Positions 41,527-52,188 of a DNA stretch of 64,000 nt are shown here, piece after piece; position 1 is the stretch's first letter, and each line of letters opens with the position of its first letter. The notes under the pieces were generated by a model. It did not search any database and was not told where the DNA came from. It worked only from the letters and a program-made list of their open reading frames with translations. This stretch comes from Nitrospirota bacterium (GTDB lineage: Bacteria > Nitrospirota > UBA9217), in assembly GCA_963790205.1 (NCBI GenBank), contig CAWBNQ010000008.1, forward strand, positions 128,001 through 192,000. The letters are read 5' to 3'. The translations under genes and the position numbers were made by a program.

Positions 41527-42000
41527 TTATGCCTGCCAGGGGTAGGGCGCCGGCTTCGGCTCTCGCTTCACGAGAAGGATCGAGCAGGGCATCCTCCGGA
41601 TAAGGTCTTCATTGTCCCTTCCGAAGAGGAAGTGTTCGAGCCGCGATTCTTCATGTGCCGGGAGCACAAGGAGGTCGATCTTTTCCTCCCGTATGATCTT
41701 CTCGATCTCCTCAACAGGCTTCCCTTCCCGGATCAGTTCTTTGACGGCCATGCCCTGACGTTTTTCCTCGGCAACGAGGTCGTCCATCTCTTTCCTCGTT
41801 TTCTCGAGCAGACGGCGAAGGTCCTGCTCCAGCGATGGGAGAGGAAGGTTCCATCCCTCGATTCCGAAAGGATTGTGAATGATGTGTGCGACGTATAACT
41901 CCGCGCCAAAGCTCCGGGTCTGGTCCACAGCAGCACGGACCACGGGGCCGCAACGGCTCGTCAGCCTGCAGACGACGAGAACCCGTTTGGTGCTGTCCAT
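41527..42000 (-). CDS. Universal stress protein (third paralogue)
   Basis: Shares HNPFG.EGWNLP and AHEE.R.EHFLFG with 26807-27271. Confidence 0.92.
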   Translation of the reverse strand: MDSTKRVLVVCRLTSRCGPVVRAAVDQTRSFGAELYVAHIIHNPFGIEGWNLPLPSLEQDLRRLLEKTRKEMDDLVAEEKRQGMAVKELIREGKPVEEIEKIIREEKIDLLVLPAHEESRLEHFLFGRDNEDLIRRMPCSILLVKREPKPAPYPWQA

Positions 42001-42039
42001 GGTTAGCTCCTTTCTTCGGGTCAGCCTATGACAATATAA

Positions 42040-42570
42040 TTACGCGGCTTTCAGTTTCTGGGCCTTTTCGCGGAGCATCTTCATGGTTTCCCGCAGGAAC
42101 GCCGGCAGGTCAGAAGGCTGTCGCGAGGTCACGAGGTTGCCGTCCACAACGACGTCTTTGTACTCGAAGATCGCTCCCGCTGATTCCAACTCATCCACGA
42201 CGGCCGGGTCACCGGTGGCGTGTTTGCCCTTCAGCACCCCCGCAGTGATCAGCGTCTGAGGCCCGTGGCAGATGGCGGCGACCGGTTTATCCTTCATGAA
42301 GAAGTCCCGCGCGATCTCCACCGCCTTCGGTTCTTTTCGCACCGCCTCGGTCGCATCTCCTCCGGGCAGCACCAGGATGTCGTAGTCATCGGGGCTGACC
42401 TCTGCCAGGGTCTTTGTTACGGCCACTTCATATCCATGTTTGCCTTTGATCGGTTCTTTTTTCTGCATGGACGCAATGTCCACTTTGATGCCTTCTTCCA
42501 GGAACCGGTAGTAGGGTACGAGCAGTTCCGCATCATCATACCCGTCCGCGCTGATGAATAGTGCTTTCAT
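42040..42570 (-). CDS. PfpI/DJ-1 family protein
   Basis: LVLPGG, AAICHGPQ and VVVDGNLVTSRQP motifs. Confidence 0.92.
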   Translation of the reverse strand: MKALFISADGYDDAELLVPYYRFLEEGIKVDIASMQKKEPIKGKHGYEVAVTKTLAEVSPDDYDILVLPGGDATEAVRKEPKAVEIARDFFMKDKPVAAICHGPQTLITAGVLKGKHATGDPAVVDELESAGAIFEYKDVVVDGNLVTSRQPSDLPAFLRETMKMLREKAQKLKAA

Positions 42571-42774
42571 GGAATTACCTCCTTAATCTGATCGGATCGT
42601 ATCTCGTCTTCGCGTTTAAAAACAATCGAACTCAGGATGTTCGCCGGTATTTTAGCGGAGCAAACCGTGTCTGATATAAGTTTATCACTCTTTTGAGAAT
42701 AATCGGAACGAACAGGCGTACTAAGGTAGGAGAAAGATAAAACCGATCAACGTCCATGGAAAGTCATATCAAAA

Positions 42775-45700
42775 TTATTTTTGAAGCTCCGGCTTGTCCC
42801 GCTTGGGCAGGATGGGTGAAATGATATCAACGGGCAAATGAATGATATTTTCAAAAATCTCGACGATCCTCGTTCCGACAGCCGAGGGGGACAGGTAGAC
42901 AACATCAGGATTCGAGATATCCCCCGTCACTTTGACCGGGATTGAGATGAGCGTTCCACCGAGCACCTTGCCGACAAGCGGTATATGCCTGATAACCCAG
43001 TTAATCGTTGAAAAAGGCGCTACGAGCACCACGAGATCCAGGTCTTTTTTTGTCAGATCGACCCTTCCTTCGGCAATGATGTCGAGCGACGAACCGTCGA
43101 TGAATGCATGATCGAGTTTCAACGTGCCCTCCTGAATACTTGCATTTACGATCAGCGAGTGATACGGAAATCCGCTCCCTCCCAGTTCGGGAATCCTGCC
43201 GCGGAAAATATCGGTTACGCTCAGGATCGAGAATATTTTTGCCAGGAGCGGGTAGCGGTATATTTTCCCGTCTTTCGCCTTGAACTGCAACTGACCCTCC
43301 AGAAAGTGCGTGAGCTCGCCGGCCTTGCCTTGCGAATGGAATTCCGCATTTAAAGAGAACATACCGCTCATCTTTACGTTTTCGCTCATAAGGCAGGTTA
43401 TGGCTTGTTCAAGCTGGCCAGCCGCGGCTTTCGCCTGAAAATCAATGGTGGTGGTGCCGTGGTCCACGATGATTGTGCCGGGGATCGAAATCCCACAGGA
43501 CTCCGCGCTGGTGAACGTTATATTGAAATAGTTCGGACGGAATACTACCCGGGCCAGCGGCGCATCGATCCTGTACTTGCCATAGAGGAGTTCCCGGGCC
43601 TTGATCCGCAGCAGCCCGTATATGGCGGTTCGCCCGGCGGCCGAGGCCGCGCGCATGTTTTGTTGTCCGTGCGTTTCCATCAGCCGGGTCAGGGATTCGG
43701 TCAATTCTTCCACGATGATGCGGTCGGCAGCGATGTCGCCATCCAGGACCAGACCTTTTTCAGAAAAAGTCGCTGTGCCGGAAAGATCATAATGCGTGTT
43801 GCCCCACGTAACTGCCGCGGCTGTCAGGGTCGCGATATGACCGCCGGCGCGGAGGGACGCGCGATCGACCATGAGCGGGGTCCTGAAACCCCACGGAATG
43901 ACCAGATGGTCGGCTTCGAGGACTCCCTGTGCAAGCGAGTCCAGGGGATGGTCCGTGCTGATCATGACGCGCAGGTCCCCCTGCACTTTCCCGGTACCGA
44001 ATGTAGTTCTTTTGAATATCCTGTTCAGGGTCGGCAGAGAAAGTACCCCGGAAAAAGACAATTCCGCCGTCTTTGCCGAGTGGTGAAGGGCTAGGGTCGC
44101 ATGGGTATCCCGGTCCGTCACTGAAACACGTTTAAGCGTGAACTCAGCGGGGGTTCGCTGAAATGCCATGTCCAGCGCCGGACCGTTTCCCGTGACGATC
44201 TTGCCGTCAAATGATACACCGGCGGTCTTTTGCCAGGCCAGGCGGGCCTGCTCGACAATCAGCGGCGCATTCACCTGCAGTTCGGGAGGCACGTTGAATT
44301 TTGCGAACAACCAGCCCATGATTTCCGGCCCCATGCGGCAGTTCAGGGCGAGGTCCGCATTTCGGACATCGTAAGGGAATGCCTGAATCGTGCCGGACAG
44401 GGCGCCGGACAAGTCCCTGATCGCAGTATGCACATCGAAAAAGGAGAGTTTCTTCCGGACGAAGCTGAACGTTCCCTGCGACAGGATAACGGGTCCGGGC
44501 AATAACGCAGTGTTCAGGAGCACCTTTTCCAGTGAGCCGGTTGCATCAATCCGCCATGTTCGGGGCTCCCAAAGCGGTCCGGAGAGACGAATGGCGGACA
44601 GTTTTACCGTGCCTTCCAGAGAACCGATGTTTTTCCGTAATGCACTCATTGCATCAGACCGGGAACTCCACTGGTACACATCGTTTAAAGCGATGACCGC
44701 ATTCCCCGAAAAAACCTTGAGATAGAGAGGTTTTTTCCAGGTGAGTCGAGCGGTTGCCCGGGAAAAAGATGATCTGCCCAGCCGCGCCGACAGCCCGGTC
44801 ACGGCCAATTTATTATCTTCCAGGTTGAATCCGCCGTTTACGGTGAGGGGCGCGGGCAAACGGTTTGATTCCACGGTGACGTTCTTTAATTGCCCTCTTA
44901 CTCTTCTTTGCCATGACGCCGGCTTTGCTATCAGGCCGCCGCCCTGCATCGAGTCCACGACGACTGAGCCTTTTAATGATGTTATGTCATGCAGAAGAGG
45001 GATATCGCCGGCCGAGGAAGACAGCCATGGAAAGAGCTGATCGAACATGAGCCTGGCACTGCCTGCGAGCACTTCGATGCTGGGTCGATGCTCCCAGACA
45101 AGATTGGCGTAAAGACCGCTCACGGTGGAGCGGCCCAGCCTCAGGGAAAGGTCCTTTACTTCCGTTTTGTCCCCCGTAAACGAGAAGGATCCGCCGAGGT
45201 CGAAATCGCCCCATCGATCCGTTCTCGCTTTGAGTTGTATGCCCATTTCTCCCGGCGGTGCATTAAACCGGGCGGACGCCTTTCTCAAGGATAGAAAAAA
45301 ACGGCCCTTTCTCCTCAGAACAAACGTGCCGTCGTTCAGTTCGACGACAAGGCCAGGGCCGATCGAGGCCAGGTAATTCAGCACAAGCCGGATATCCTTG
45401 TGCACTTCAGACAGAGAGAGCGTTGCGGGCTTCACCTCCTCAACGGTCTCCGGAAGCGTTATCAAAAAATCGGGCTTCCGGACCTGGATTTTTGCAATCA
45501 GCATTTTCCCTTTGAAGAAAGGAACTATCTGGGGATAAACCCTGATGGATTCGATCGTCCCGGCGAGCATTTTCGGGATCGCGATAGTTGATTGTTGCAG
45601 AGAGACAGCCGGGCGGGGAAAGGGGACAATCACGAGTCGCCTGAAATGGACTTCCCCGCCCAGTTTCCGGGATATAGCCGCTTCAATATTTTTTTTTATA

Positions 45701-45810
45701 AATGGCTTGTTGAGATAGACCGGCGCCAGGAACGCCACGGCAGTGATCAAGGCCATGAAAAGAAAGGGGAGGGCCAACCATTGAAACAGTTTTTTATATT
45801 GGGTGCTCAT
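42775..45810 (-). CDS. AsmA-like (repeating beta-groove) protein
   Basis: N-terminal TM anchor, beta-rich body, C-terminal IPLVGKVLGG..PVKVTG. Confidence 0.8.
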   Translation of the reverse strand: MSTQYKKLFQWLALPFLFMALITAVAFLAPVYLNKPFIKKNIEAAISRKLGGEVHFRRLVIVPFPRPAVSLQQSTIAIPKMLAGTIESIRVYPQIVPFFKGKMLIAKIQVRKPDFLITLPETVEEVKPATLSLSEVHKDIRLVLNYLASIGPGLVVELNDGTFVLRRKGRFFLSLRKASARFNAPPGEMGIQLKARTDRWGDFDLGGSFSFTGDKTEVKDLSLRLGRSTVSGLYANLVWEHRPSIEVLAGSARLMFDQLFPWLSSSAGDIPLLHDITSLKGSVVVDSMQGGGLIAKPASWQRRVRGQLKNVTVESNRLPAPLTVNGGFNLEDNKLAVTGLSARLGRSSFSRATARLTWKKPLYLKVFSGNAVIALNDVYQWSSRSDAMSALRKNIGSLEGTVKLSAIRLSGPLWEPRTWRIDATGSLEKVLLNTALLPGPVILSQGTFSFVRKKLSFFDVHTAIRDLSGALSGTIQAFPYDVRNADLALNCRMGPEIMGWLFAKFNVPPELQVNAPLIVEQARLAWQKTAGVSFDGKIVTGNGPALDMAFQRTPAEFTLKRVSVTDRDTHATLALHHSAKTAELSFSGVLSLPTLNRIFKRTTFGTGKVQGDLRVMISTDHPLDSLAQGVLEADHLVIPWGFRTPLMVDRASLRAGGHIATLTAAAVTWGNTHYDLSGTATFSEKGLVLDGDIAADRIIVEELTESLTRLMETHGQQNMRAASAAGRTAIYGLLRIKARELLYGKYRIDAPLARVVFRPNYFNITFTSAESCGISIPGTIIVDHGTTTIDFQAKAAAGQLEQAITCLMSENVKMSGMFSLNAEFHSQGKAGELTHFLEGQLQFKAKDGKIYRYPLLAKIFSILSVTDIFRGRIPELGGSGFPYHSLIVNASIQEGTLKLDHAFIDGSSLDIIAEGRVDLTKKDLDLVVLVAPFSTINWVIRHIPLVGKVLGGTLISIPVKVTGDISNPDVVYLSPSAVGTRIVEIFENIIHLPVDIISPILPKRDKPELQK

Positions 45811-45895
45811 GATTTTTGCTCAATACCCTTACTTTTATTATACATGGGCCATTGATGTTTGGTTGCCCGGGACAAATGCGGCGCCAATACCTTGG

Positions 45896-45992
45896 AACCA
45901 GCAAAGACGCGAAGGACGAGAAAAAAGCTGAAATTTCAGCGGATTTGAAATCAGGAATCATGCTTTCTTTCTCAGTCTTCGCGCGATTCGCC
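45896..45992. repeat. Degenerate 9-bp periodic inverted element
   Basis: GCAAAGACGCGAAGGACGAGAAA ... TTTCTCAGTCTTCGCGCGATTCGCC. Confidence 0.5.
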
Positions 45993-46212
45993 AAGTGTGC
46001 CGCTTTTTAATATGTTAGAATAAAACCATGGACAGCCTCGAAAAGCACATGCCTGTTCTCGACGTCCAAGCCGCGGCCCTTATATTATGAAGAAAAAAGA
46101 GTTCCTTGGCAGGGCATAGATCGAACGCATCTTTGCGGAGAAGAATAAAAAGACAGCCCTCAGAAAACGGGCGCCTGTTTTGTTTTGCACAAATAGGACA
46201 CAGGGCAGGAGC

Positions 46213-47466
46213 ATGAGTATGAAGAATATACGAGGTTTTGCATATTGGTTTTTACCGTTGGCACTGGGAATCATGATCGGTGTGTTATTCCATCAAATCA
46301 TCCGTCTCGATCCCGTGCCGTCCGCGGATATTCCCCGCGCAGCAACCCCGGACTTCCGACTGATGGCCGAGGCCTGGAACGCGATCGAGCAGCACTATGT
46401 AGACCGGTCCGCTGTACAACCGAAAACGATGACCTACGGGGCCATCAGCGGCATGGTGGAATCCCTGGGCGACACCGGACACAGCGTCTTTTTGACCCCG
46501 GAGCTGGTGGAGGTCGAACACAGCCTGGAAAGCGGAGAATTTGCCGGCATAGGCGCGGAGCTCCAGATAAAAAATAAACAGCTTGTCATTGTTGCGCCTA
46601 TGGATGGATCGCCTGCTCAAAAAGCCGGCATTCGGCCTGGAGACGTGATCATATCGGTTGACGGCCGGAACATAGAAGGCTTGCCGATACAACAGGTAAT
46701 CGGGAAGATCAAAGGTCCTGCCGGAACGCGGGTGTCGCTGACGCTGAAGGACCCGTTATCGGGAAATGTTCGCACGGTCGAGATCACCCGTGCGAACATT
46801 CCGCTCCGCAGCGTCACGTGGCGGAAGCTCCCGGGCACCGATGTGGCGCATGTGCGGATTGCCTTTTTCAGCAAGGAGACATCCACAGACCTGGGAAAAG
46901 CGCTCGCTGAGATCGAACAGGGCGGAGTAAAAGGACTGATTCTCGACCTTCGGAACGATCCTGGAGGCCTTCTGGACATGGCAGTAGGAGTGGCCAGTCA
47001 ATTTCTGAAAGACGGGAGCGCGCTGCAGGAAAAGGACGCTCACGGCGTGGTGCGGTCCGTTCCTCTTGAAACCGGCGTCAAAAAAAGCGACCTCCCTCTT
47101 GTCGTTCTCATAAACGAAGGGACCGCGAGCGCGGCGGAGATCGTTGCCGGCGCTCTTCAGGATGCAAAACGGGCTACGATCGTGGGCCAAACCACATTCG
47201 GAACCGGCACGGTCTTGAAAACCATCCCGCTTTCCGACGGGTCGGCACTGCAGCTCGCAATCCTGGAATGGCTTACCCCCAAGGGCCGCACGATCTGGCA
47301 TAAAGGCATCGCGCCCGACATCACCGTAACTCTTCCTGCCGGGGTCTCACCGCTGGTTCCCGAAGCGGAGAAGGGCATGACGGGTACCCAGCTCATGGCA
47401 AGCAAGGACCGGCAGTTGCTTCGTGCGATCGAACTCGTGCAGGGGAAAAAGCCGTTGCGAAAATGA
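46213..47466 (+). CDS. S41 carboxyl-terminal processing protease (PDZ)
   Basis: GIG PDZ domain, LDLRNDPGG, TASAAEI and TFGTG motifs. Confidence 0.9.
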   Translation: MSMKNIRGFAYWFLPLALGIMIGVLFHQIIRLDPVPSADIPRAATPDFRLMAEAWNAIEQHYVDRSAVQPKTMTYGAISGMVESLGDTGHSVFLTPELVEVEHSLESGEFAGIGAELQIKNKQLVIVAPMDGSPAQKAGIRPGDVIISVDGRNIEGLPIQQVIGKIKGPAGTRVSLTLKDPLSGNVRTVEITRANIPLRSVTWRKLPGTDVAHVRIAFFSKETSTDLGKALAEIEQGGVKGLILDLRNDPGGLLDMAVGVASQFLKDGSALQEKDAHGVVRSVPLETGVKKSDLPLVVLINEGTASAAEIVAGALQDAKRATIVGQTTFGTGTVLKTIPLSDGSALQLAILEWLTPKGRTIWHKGIAPDITVTLPAGVSPLVPEAEKGMTGTQLMASKDRQLLRAIELVQGKKPLRK

Positions 47467-47577
47467 TCAGTCTTCATATTTTTAACCTCTTTGGCGCGGC
47501 TGCGCCATGATATAAAAAAGGCAATTTGTCACTGTTGATCCACATCGGGAAAGTTTCTCATTTTTTGATGGGGAAAA

Positions 47578-48429
47578 ATGTCTCTGCCACCGCCGGTAAC
47601 CACGATCTTGTCCCTCCTTTTTCTCTTCGCAGGAGGCGTTTGCCTTGTCATCATGATGAGGAAGCTGGGCGGGAAGCAGTTTGCCCGTCCGGAGCTCGCA
47701 ACGCGCATCCACCGCGTCATGGGTTGGAGCTTCACGGTCCTGTACCTGATCCTGTTTGTCGTAATGGTAGGAAGGATCGAACGGTACTGGGAGGTGGCGC
47801 CCGCGCGCATTGCGATCCATGTTGCCCTGGCCGTCAGCCTGTTCGTGCTCCTGGCCGTCAAGCTCGCAATCCCGAGACTGCTCCCGGCCCTGTCCAGACA
47901 CCTCTTCGTTTTCGGTGTTTCTGCATACCTCGTAGGATTCGTCCTGGTAGGTATAACGGCGGGTTACTACCTGGTGCAGGTTTTCCGCGGCGTACCGTAC
48001 ATCTCCCACACTATGCTGCCCGGCAGAATGGAGGACCCCCGGTTTGGCCAGGAACTTTTCATTACGAGATGTTCCGTTTGCCATCAACTGCGGGACATCA
48101 TGACCCCGCGCAAGCCGAGGGAGTGGGAGGAGATCGTCACGCGCATGGTCGGGCTTGCTGAACCGCGGATCAGTCCTGCCGAGGCGGGCCAGATCCTGGA
48201 TTATTTGCAGGCGACCTACATTCCGAAGCCTTACACTCCGGGGCCGACGGCATCGTTGATCGTCCGTTTCTGTTCGCCCTGCCATGCGATGGAGGACATC
48301 GAGCGCCGGCATTTCGGCCGCACGGAATGGGGGAATATCGTGCGCAGGATGAGCAAACGCGCGCCTGATATCGTCCCTGCGGGCAAAATTAAAATAATTG
48401 CCGACGCTCTCGTGAAAGGTAATTTCTGA
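47578..48429 (+). CDS. Membrane-anchored di-haem c-type cytochrome
   Basis: About four N-terminal TM segments followed by CSVCH and CSPCH motifs. Confidence 0.8.
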   Translation: MSLPPPVTTILSLLFLFAGGVCLVIMMRKLGGKQFARPELATRIHRVMGWSFTVLYLILFVVMVGRIERYWEVAPARIAIHVALAVSLFVLLAVKLAIPRLLPALSRHLFVFGVSAYLVGFVLVGITAGYYLVQVFRGVPYISHTMLPGRMEDPRFGQELFITRCSVCHQLRDIMTPRKPREWEEIVTRMVGLAEPRISPAEAGQILDYLQATYIPKPYTPGPTASLIVRFCSPCHAMEDIERRHFGRTEWGNIVRRMSKRAPDIVPAGKIKIIADALVKGNF

Positions 48430-48437
48430 TGCGGCCC

Positions 48438-49202
48438 TTATTCCTCCGGCATAAACAATGAATCCGGCAGTTCCGGGTTCACCCGGTACTCACGGATACG
48501 GACTTCCCCGACCCTTTGCCCGCCGGCATAATTCACAACCCGGAAGGGAAACAACCGTCCGTCGACTTTCCTGAAATCATGAAATTCCGATGACAGCTCC
48601 GTTTCCGCGCCGTTCATGCTGAAAACCCCCGAGTCCTTGACGATCCGGCGGCTCTTCCGGTCGATATACAGCTTCATGGGAGGACCTTCCTTGTCCTTGA
48701 GCATGAGAATCTTGACCGGGATGCCGTTCACCACGCTTTGGCCTCCATCGGTGATCGTGAAGGCGGACGTCATGAGTTGATACGGCATGGTGAGCTCTTT
48801 GAACTGGTAGGCCATGGAAAGAAAACGGGACCCCGAGACCTCGATCATGGGAGAACCCGCCGTCCGGTAATAGCCTTGAGCGCCATTCAGTATCCGCACC
48901 TCGAGCGAGGCGCCGGACCGCGTTTCGACGCGGAGCCTGCGATCACGCCTGAGGTAAAACGAGTATTCTGCGGTGCCCCCATACAGAGGCGATTCGATCA
49001 CGCCCTTTGCGGAGAGAGCGCGAATTTTATCCAGCACCGCTTTTCCTCCGTATGCGTCCACGATCCCCCGCACGAGCAGCTCCTTCTTCACGGAGGCATC
49101 GGATGCCTCCGAGGCCGCCGTGTTTTGGGAAATGACAATCAGGATCGAGGCGCACAAAAGCAGCGAAAATTTTTTCCAACGTTCGGCACGAACCATGTGC
49201 AT
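48438..49202 (-). CDS. Exported hypothetical protein (LolA-like fold possible)
   Basis: Signal peptide, AYGG and DFRKVDG..FPF. Confidence 0.65.
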   Translation of the reverse strand: MHMVRAERWKKFSLLLCASILIVISQNTAASEASDASVKKELLVRGIVDAYGGKAVLDKIRALSAKGVIESPLYGGTAEYSFYLRRDRRLRVETRSGASLEVRILNGAQGYYRTAGSPMIEVSGSRFLSMAYQFKELTMPYQLMTSAFTITDGGQSVVNGIPVKILMLKDKEGPPMKLYIDRKSRRIVKDSGVFSMNGAETELSSEFHDFRKVDGRLFPFRVVNYAGGQRVGEVRIREYRVNPELPDSLFMPEE

Positions 49203-49233
49203 GACCGACCTCGCGCTCTATCCATTTAACTCA

Positions 49234-50697
49234 TCAACGCTGTATCGTAAGATAGGCCGACCCGCCGTCCCGGTAGATCAGCAGGAGGACCGTGTCGTGG
49301 CTGCCGATCTTGGAAGCGAGCTCCTCGTACTCCTGCGCGCTCCGGACCGGCTTGCGGTCCACTTCCTGGATCACGTCGTTCGCCTGCAGCAACCCCTGGG
49401 CCGGGCTGTCCGACCCGACGGCGGTGACCACGACGCCTGTCATATCCTCCGGCAGGTTGAGCTTGTCCCGCAGGCTCGGAGTAAGCTCCTGGATCGTTAC
49501 TCCCTTGAGCGCATTGTCGTACTCCGTCTTCTTTATGATCTTCTTTTCCCGGTACTCGCCGAGGGTCGCCGCAATCGTCTGTTCCTTGCCGTTCCTGATG
49601 ATCTTGAAATCGACCCGTGTTCCCGGCGCCGTTGCTGCGACCGTATTCCTGAGGTTCGTCACATCGGTAATTTTTTTGCCGTTCATTTCAACGACAAGAT
49701 CGCCCCGCTTCAGGCCCGCCTTGTCCGCGGGACTGCCGCTTTCGACGCCCGCTATCAGGGCGCCTTCCGTTTCCTTGATCCCCAGCGGTTTGGCAAGCTC
49801 CGGGGTAAGGTTCTGAATGCTTACGCCAAGCCAGCCGCGGATCACTTTGCCGTATTTAATGATGCTGTCCATGACCGATTTCGCCATGTCCGACGGGATG
49901 GCGAACCCGATCCCCATGTATCCGCCGCTGGTCGAAAAAATCGCCGTATTGATCCCCACAAGCTCCCCCCTGCCGTTCACCAGGGCGCCCCCGGAATTGC
50001 CCGGGTTGATGGCCGCATCGGTCTGGATGAAGTCCTCGAAATCGGCCAGGCCGATGTTGGAACGGCCCACGGCGCTCACGATCCCCATGGTGATGGTCTG
50101 GTTCAGGCCGAAGGGATTGCCGATCGCCAGGACGATATCGCCGGTCCTCAGCTTGCCGGAGTCGCCGAACGAGAGGGTCGGCAGGTCCTTCGCATCGATC
50201 TTGACCACGGCGAGGTCCGTTCGGGGGTCGGTGCCGACGACCTTGCCTTTGAATTCACGCTTGTCGTAGAGAATGACCTTGATCTCCTCTGCGCCCTTTA
50301 CCACGTGGTTGTTCGTCAATATATAACCGTTCCCCGACACGATCACCCCGGAGCCGAGGGCCGATGATTTGAATGTTCGCTTTTGTTCCGGACGCCCGCC
50401 CCCGAACTGGTCGCCGAAAAAGTGCCTGAAAAAGGGGTCGTTGAACATACCGCCTAAGGGGTTTTCTTCCATGGTCTCGACCGAGGTCGTAGATATGTTC
50501 ACGACAGCAGGGCGCACGGTATCGGCCACCTCAGCCAGGGCGTCGCTTAATCTGCCGAGCGTTTTTATTGATTCCTGCGAAATGATCTTTTCCCTGGCTG
50601 AAGCCATGCCGGCCGTGAAAAAACTCGCTGTCAGCAAAAGAGCTACGGATAAAGCAAGATAGTTGCGGAGTAACGTGTGTTTCCTCTTCATTTTCAT
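49234..50697 (-). CDS. HtrA/DegQ (Do) serine protease with two PDZ domains
   Basis: LTNNHVV, DLAVVK and QTDAAINPGNSGG motifs. Confidence 0.95.
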   Translation of the reverse strand: MKMKRKHTLLRNYLALSVALLLTASFFTAGMASAREKIISQESIKTLGRLSDALAEVADTVRPAVVNISTTSVETMEENPLGGMFNDPFFRHFFGDQFGGGRPEQKRTFKSSALGSGVIVSGNGYILTNNHVVKGAEEIKVILYDKREFKGKVVGTDPRTDLAVVKIDAKDLPTLSFGDSGKLRTGDIVLAIGNPFGLNQTITMGIVSAVGRSNIGLADFEDFIQTDAAINPGNSGGALVNGRGELVGINTAIFSTSGGYMGIGFAIPSDMAKSVMDSIIKYGKVIRGWLGVSIQNLTPELAKPLGIKETEGALIAGVESGSPADKAGLKRGDLVVEMNGKKITDVTNLRNTVAATAPGTRVDFKIIRNGKEQTIAATLGEYREKKIIKKTEYDNALKGVTIQELTPSLRDKLNLPEDMTGVVVTAVGSDSPAQGLLQANDVIQEVDRKPVRSAQEYEELASKIGSHDTVLLLIYRDGGSAYLTIQR

Positions 50698-50892
50698 TGA
50701 TGCCTCCCGGTGTGAAGTTCGGATTAGTGAGTCTGTTTTCAAAGGTACCAAATAAAATTATACTACACAAAGCGGAGGCTATGACCGGTCGCGTGCTTTT
50801 TATAAAACTTAAGTTTTAAACTGGTCTCATAATGATTCTTGACAGAGGTCTGCAGAAGGGATAGGTTTTAAGCAGAGGGGTGAGGGTTAGTC

Positions 50893-51324
50893 GTGAACAA
50901 GATCATAAAAATTACGGTGCTCGTTCTTATGGGAACAGTCCTCGTGTAGACAGCGTGGTGCGCGGAGACGAAGGAAATCTACAAAGCGACGATCGAGAGC
51001 GACGTCCAAAAGGTCGAGATGTGTGGCGACAGCTGTTTTTTCAAACCGGATTACGTCATCGTGAAAGTGAATGTGCCTGTCGAGCTCACGATTAAAAAGA
51101 ATCCGGTTCGTGCTGCATATGATATCGTCTTTCATGCCCCAGAGGCAGGGATCGACTTTAAAGTTGAACTTAGTACGGATCCAAAAGTGATTAAGTTCAC
51201 GCCGACGAAGGTCGGGAAGTATCCTTTTTACTGCGACCATCGGTTTCTCTTCTGGTCGCATAAGGCAAGGGGCAGGGAGGGAGTTCTGGAGGTCACGGAG
51301 CAGGCGGGCCTTGGACCGCGATGA
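50893..51324 (+). pseudogene. Cupredoxin-domain protein with an in-frame TAG at codon 19
   Basis: GTG start gives VNKIIKITVLVLMGTVLV*TAWCAE..., in frame with FTPTKVGKYPFYCDHRFLFWSH; the expected GMEG reads GREG. Confidence 0.65.
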
Positions 51325-51330
51325 ATTTTT

Positions 51331-51993
51331 ATGAAACGTGAATTTACAACCGCGGATGCCAAGAAATTTTACGACCGCTTCGGGTCTAAGCAGGATCTGC
51401 AGGCATTTTACGAAAATCCGGCTATTGATGAACTTATCGCCCAAGCCGACTTCGAGCACGCCAGGGCGGTGTTTGAACTCGGATTCGGGACCGGCAGATT
51501 GGCACAGCAGTTGCTCGAACATTATCTTCCGCCTGACGCAATTTATTCCGGCATCGATATCAGTGCGGCCATGGCCAGACTTGCCGGAGAAAGGCTGCGG
51601 CCCTGGCAAAAGCGTGCGACGCTCAAAATCGGGGATGCATCGAAGGGGATTGATCTGTCCGACGCTTCTTTTGACCGGTTTGTTGCGACCTATGTGCTCG
51701 ATCTTTTGCGGCCTGACGATATCCGTAAGATGATCAGTGAGGGCTATCGCATGTTGAAACCAGGCGGGCTGCTCTGCCTGGTGAGTTTAACGGAGGGGAC
51801 AGGTGCGTGGAGCCGCGTCGTCACCGGGGCATGGAAGGCTCTTTACCGGAGGAACCCGCGTGTTGTCGGCGGTTGCCGGCCGGTCGCGCTGCTCGAACAT
51901 CTTACGCACGATCGCTGGCACATCAATTACCATAATACGGCATCTTCCTTCGGAATCACTTCAGAGGTCGTCGTTGCATCACGCCAAGCATGA
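51331..51993 (+). CDS. Class I SAM-dependent methyltransferase
   Basis: VFELGFGTG, GIDIS and LKPGG motifs. Confidence 0.9.
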   Translation: MKREFTTADAKKFYDRFGSKQDLQAFYENPAIDELIAQADFEHARAVFELGFGTGRLAQQLLEHYLPPDAIYSGIDISAAMARLAGERLRPWQKRATLKIGDASKGIDLSDASFDRFVATYVLDLLRPDDIRKMISEGYRMLKPGGLLCLVSLTEGTGAWSRVVTGAWKALYRRNPRVVGGCRPVALLEHLTHDRWHINYHNTASSFGITSEVVVASRQA

Positions 51994-52188
51994 TTGGCAA
52001 GAAGTCAATCGCCATGATAAACAACCCAGGTGGCCAGGATGTCGCTCCCAAGAATGCCACCGTGCATCGCGCGGAGAAGGTTATTTTTTCACTCCATCGA
52101 ACCTATTGCTGTTGGGACCGATTAGCCGGTGATGCTCCATCAGGAAACCTCGGATACCAGGTATCCTGAAAGACAGGAAGGAGGGGCA

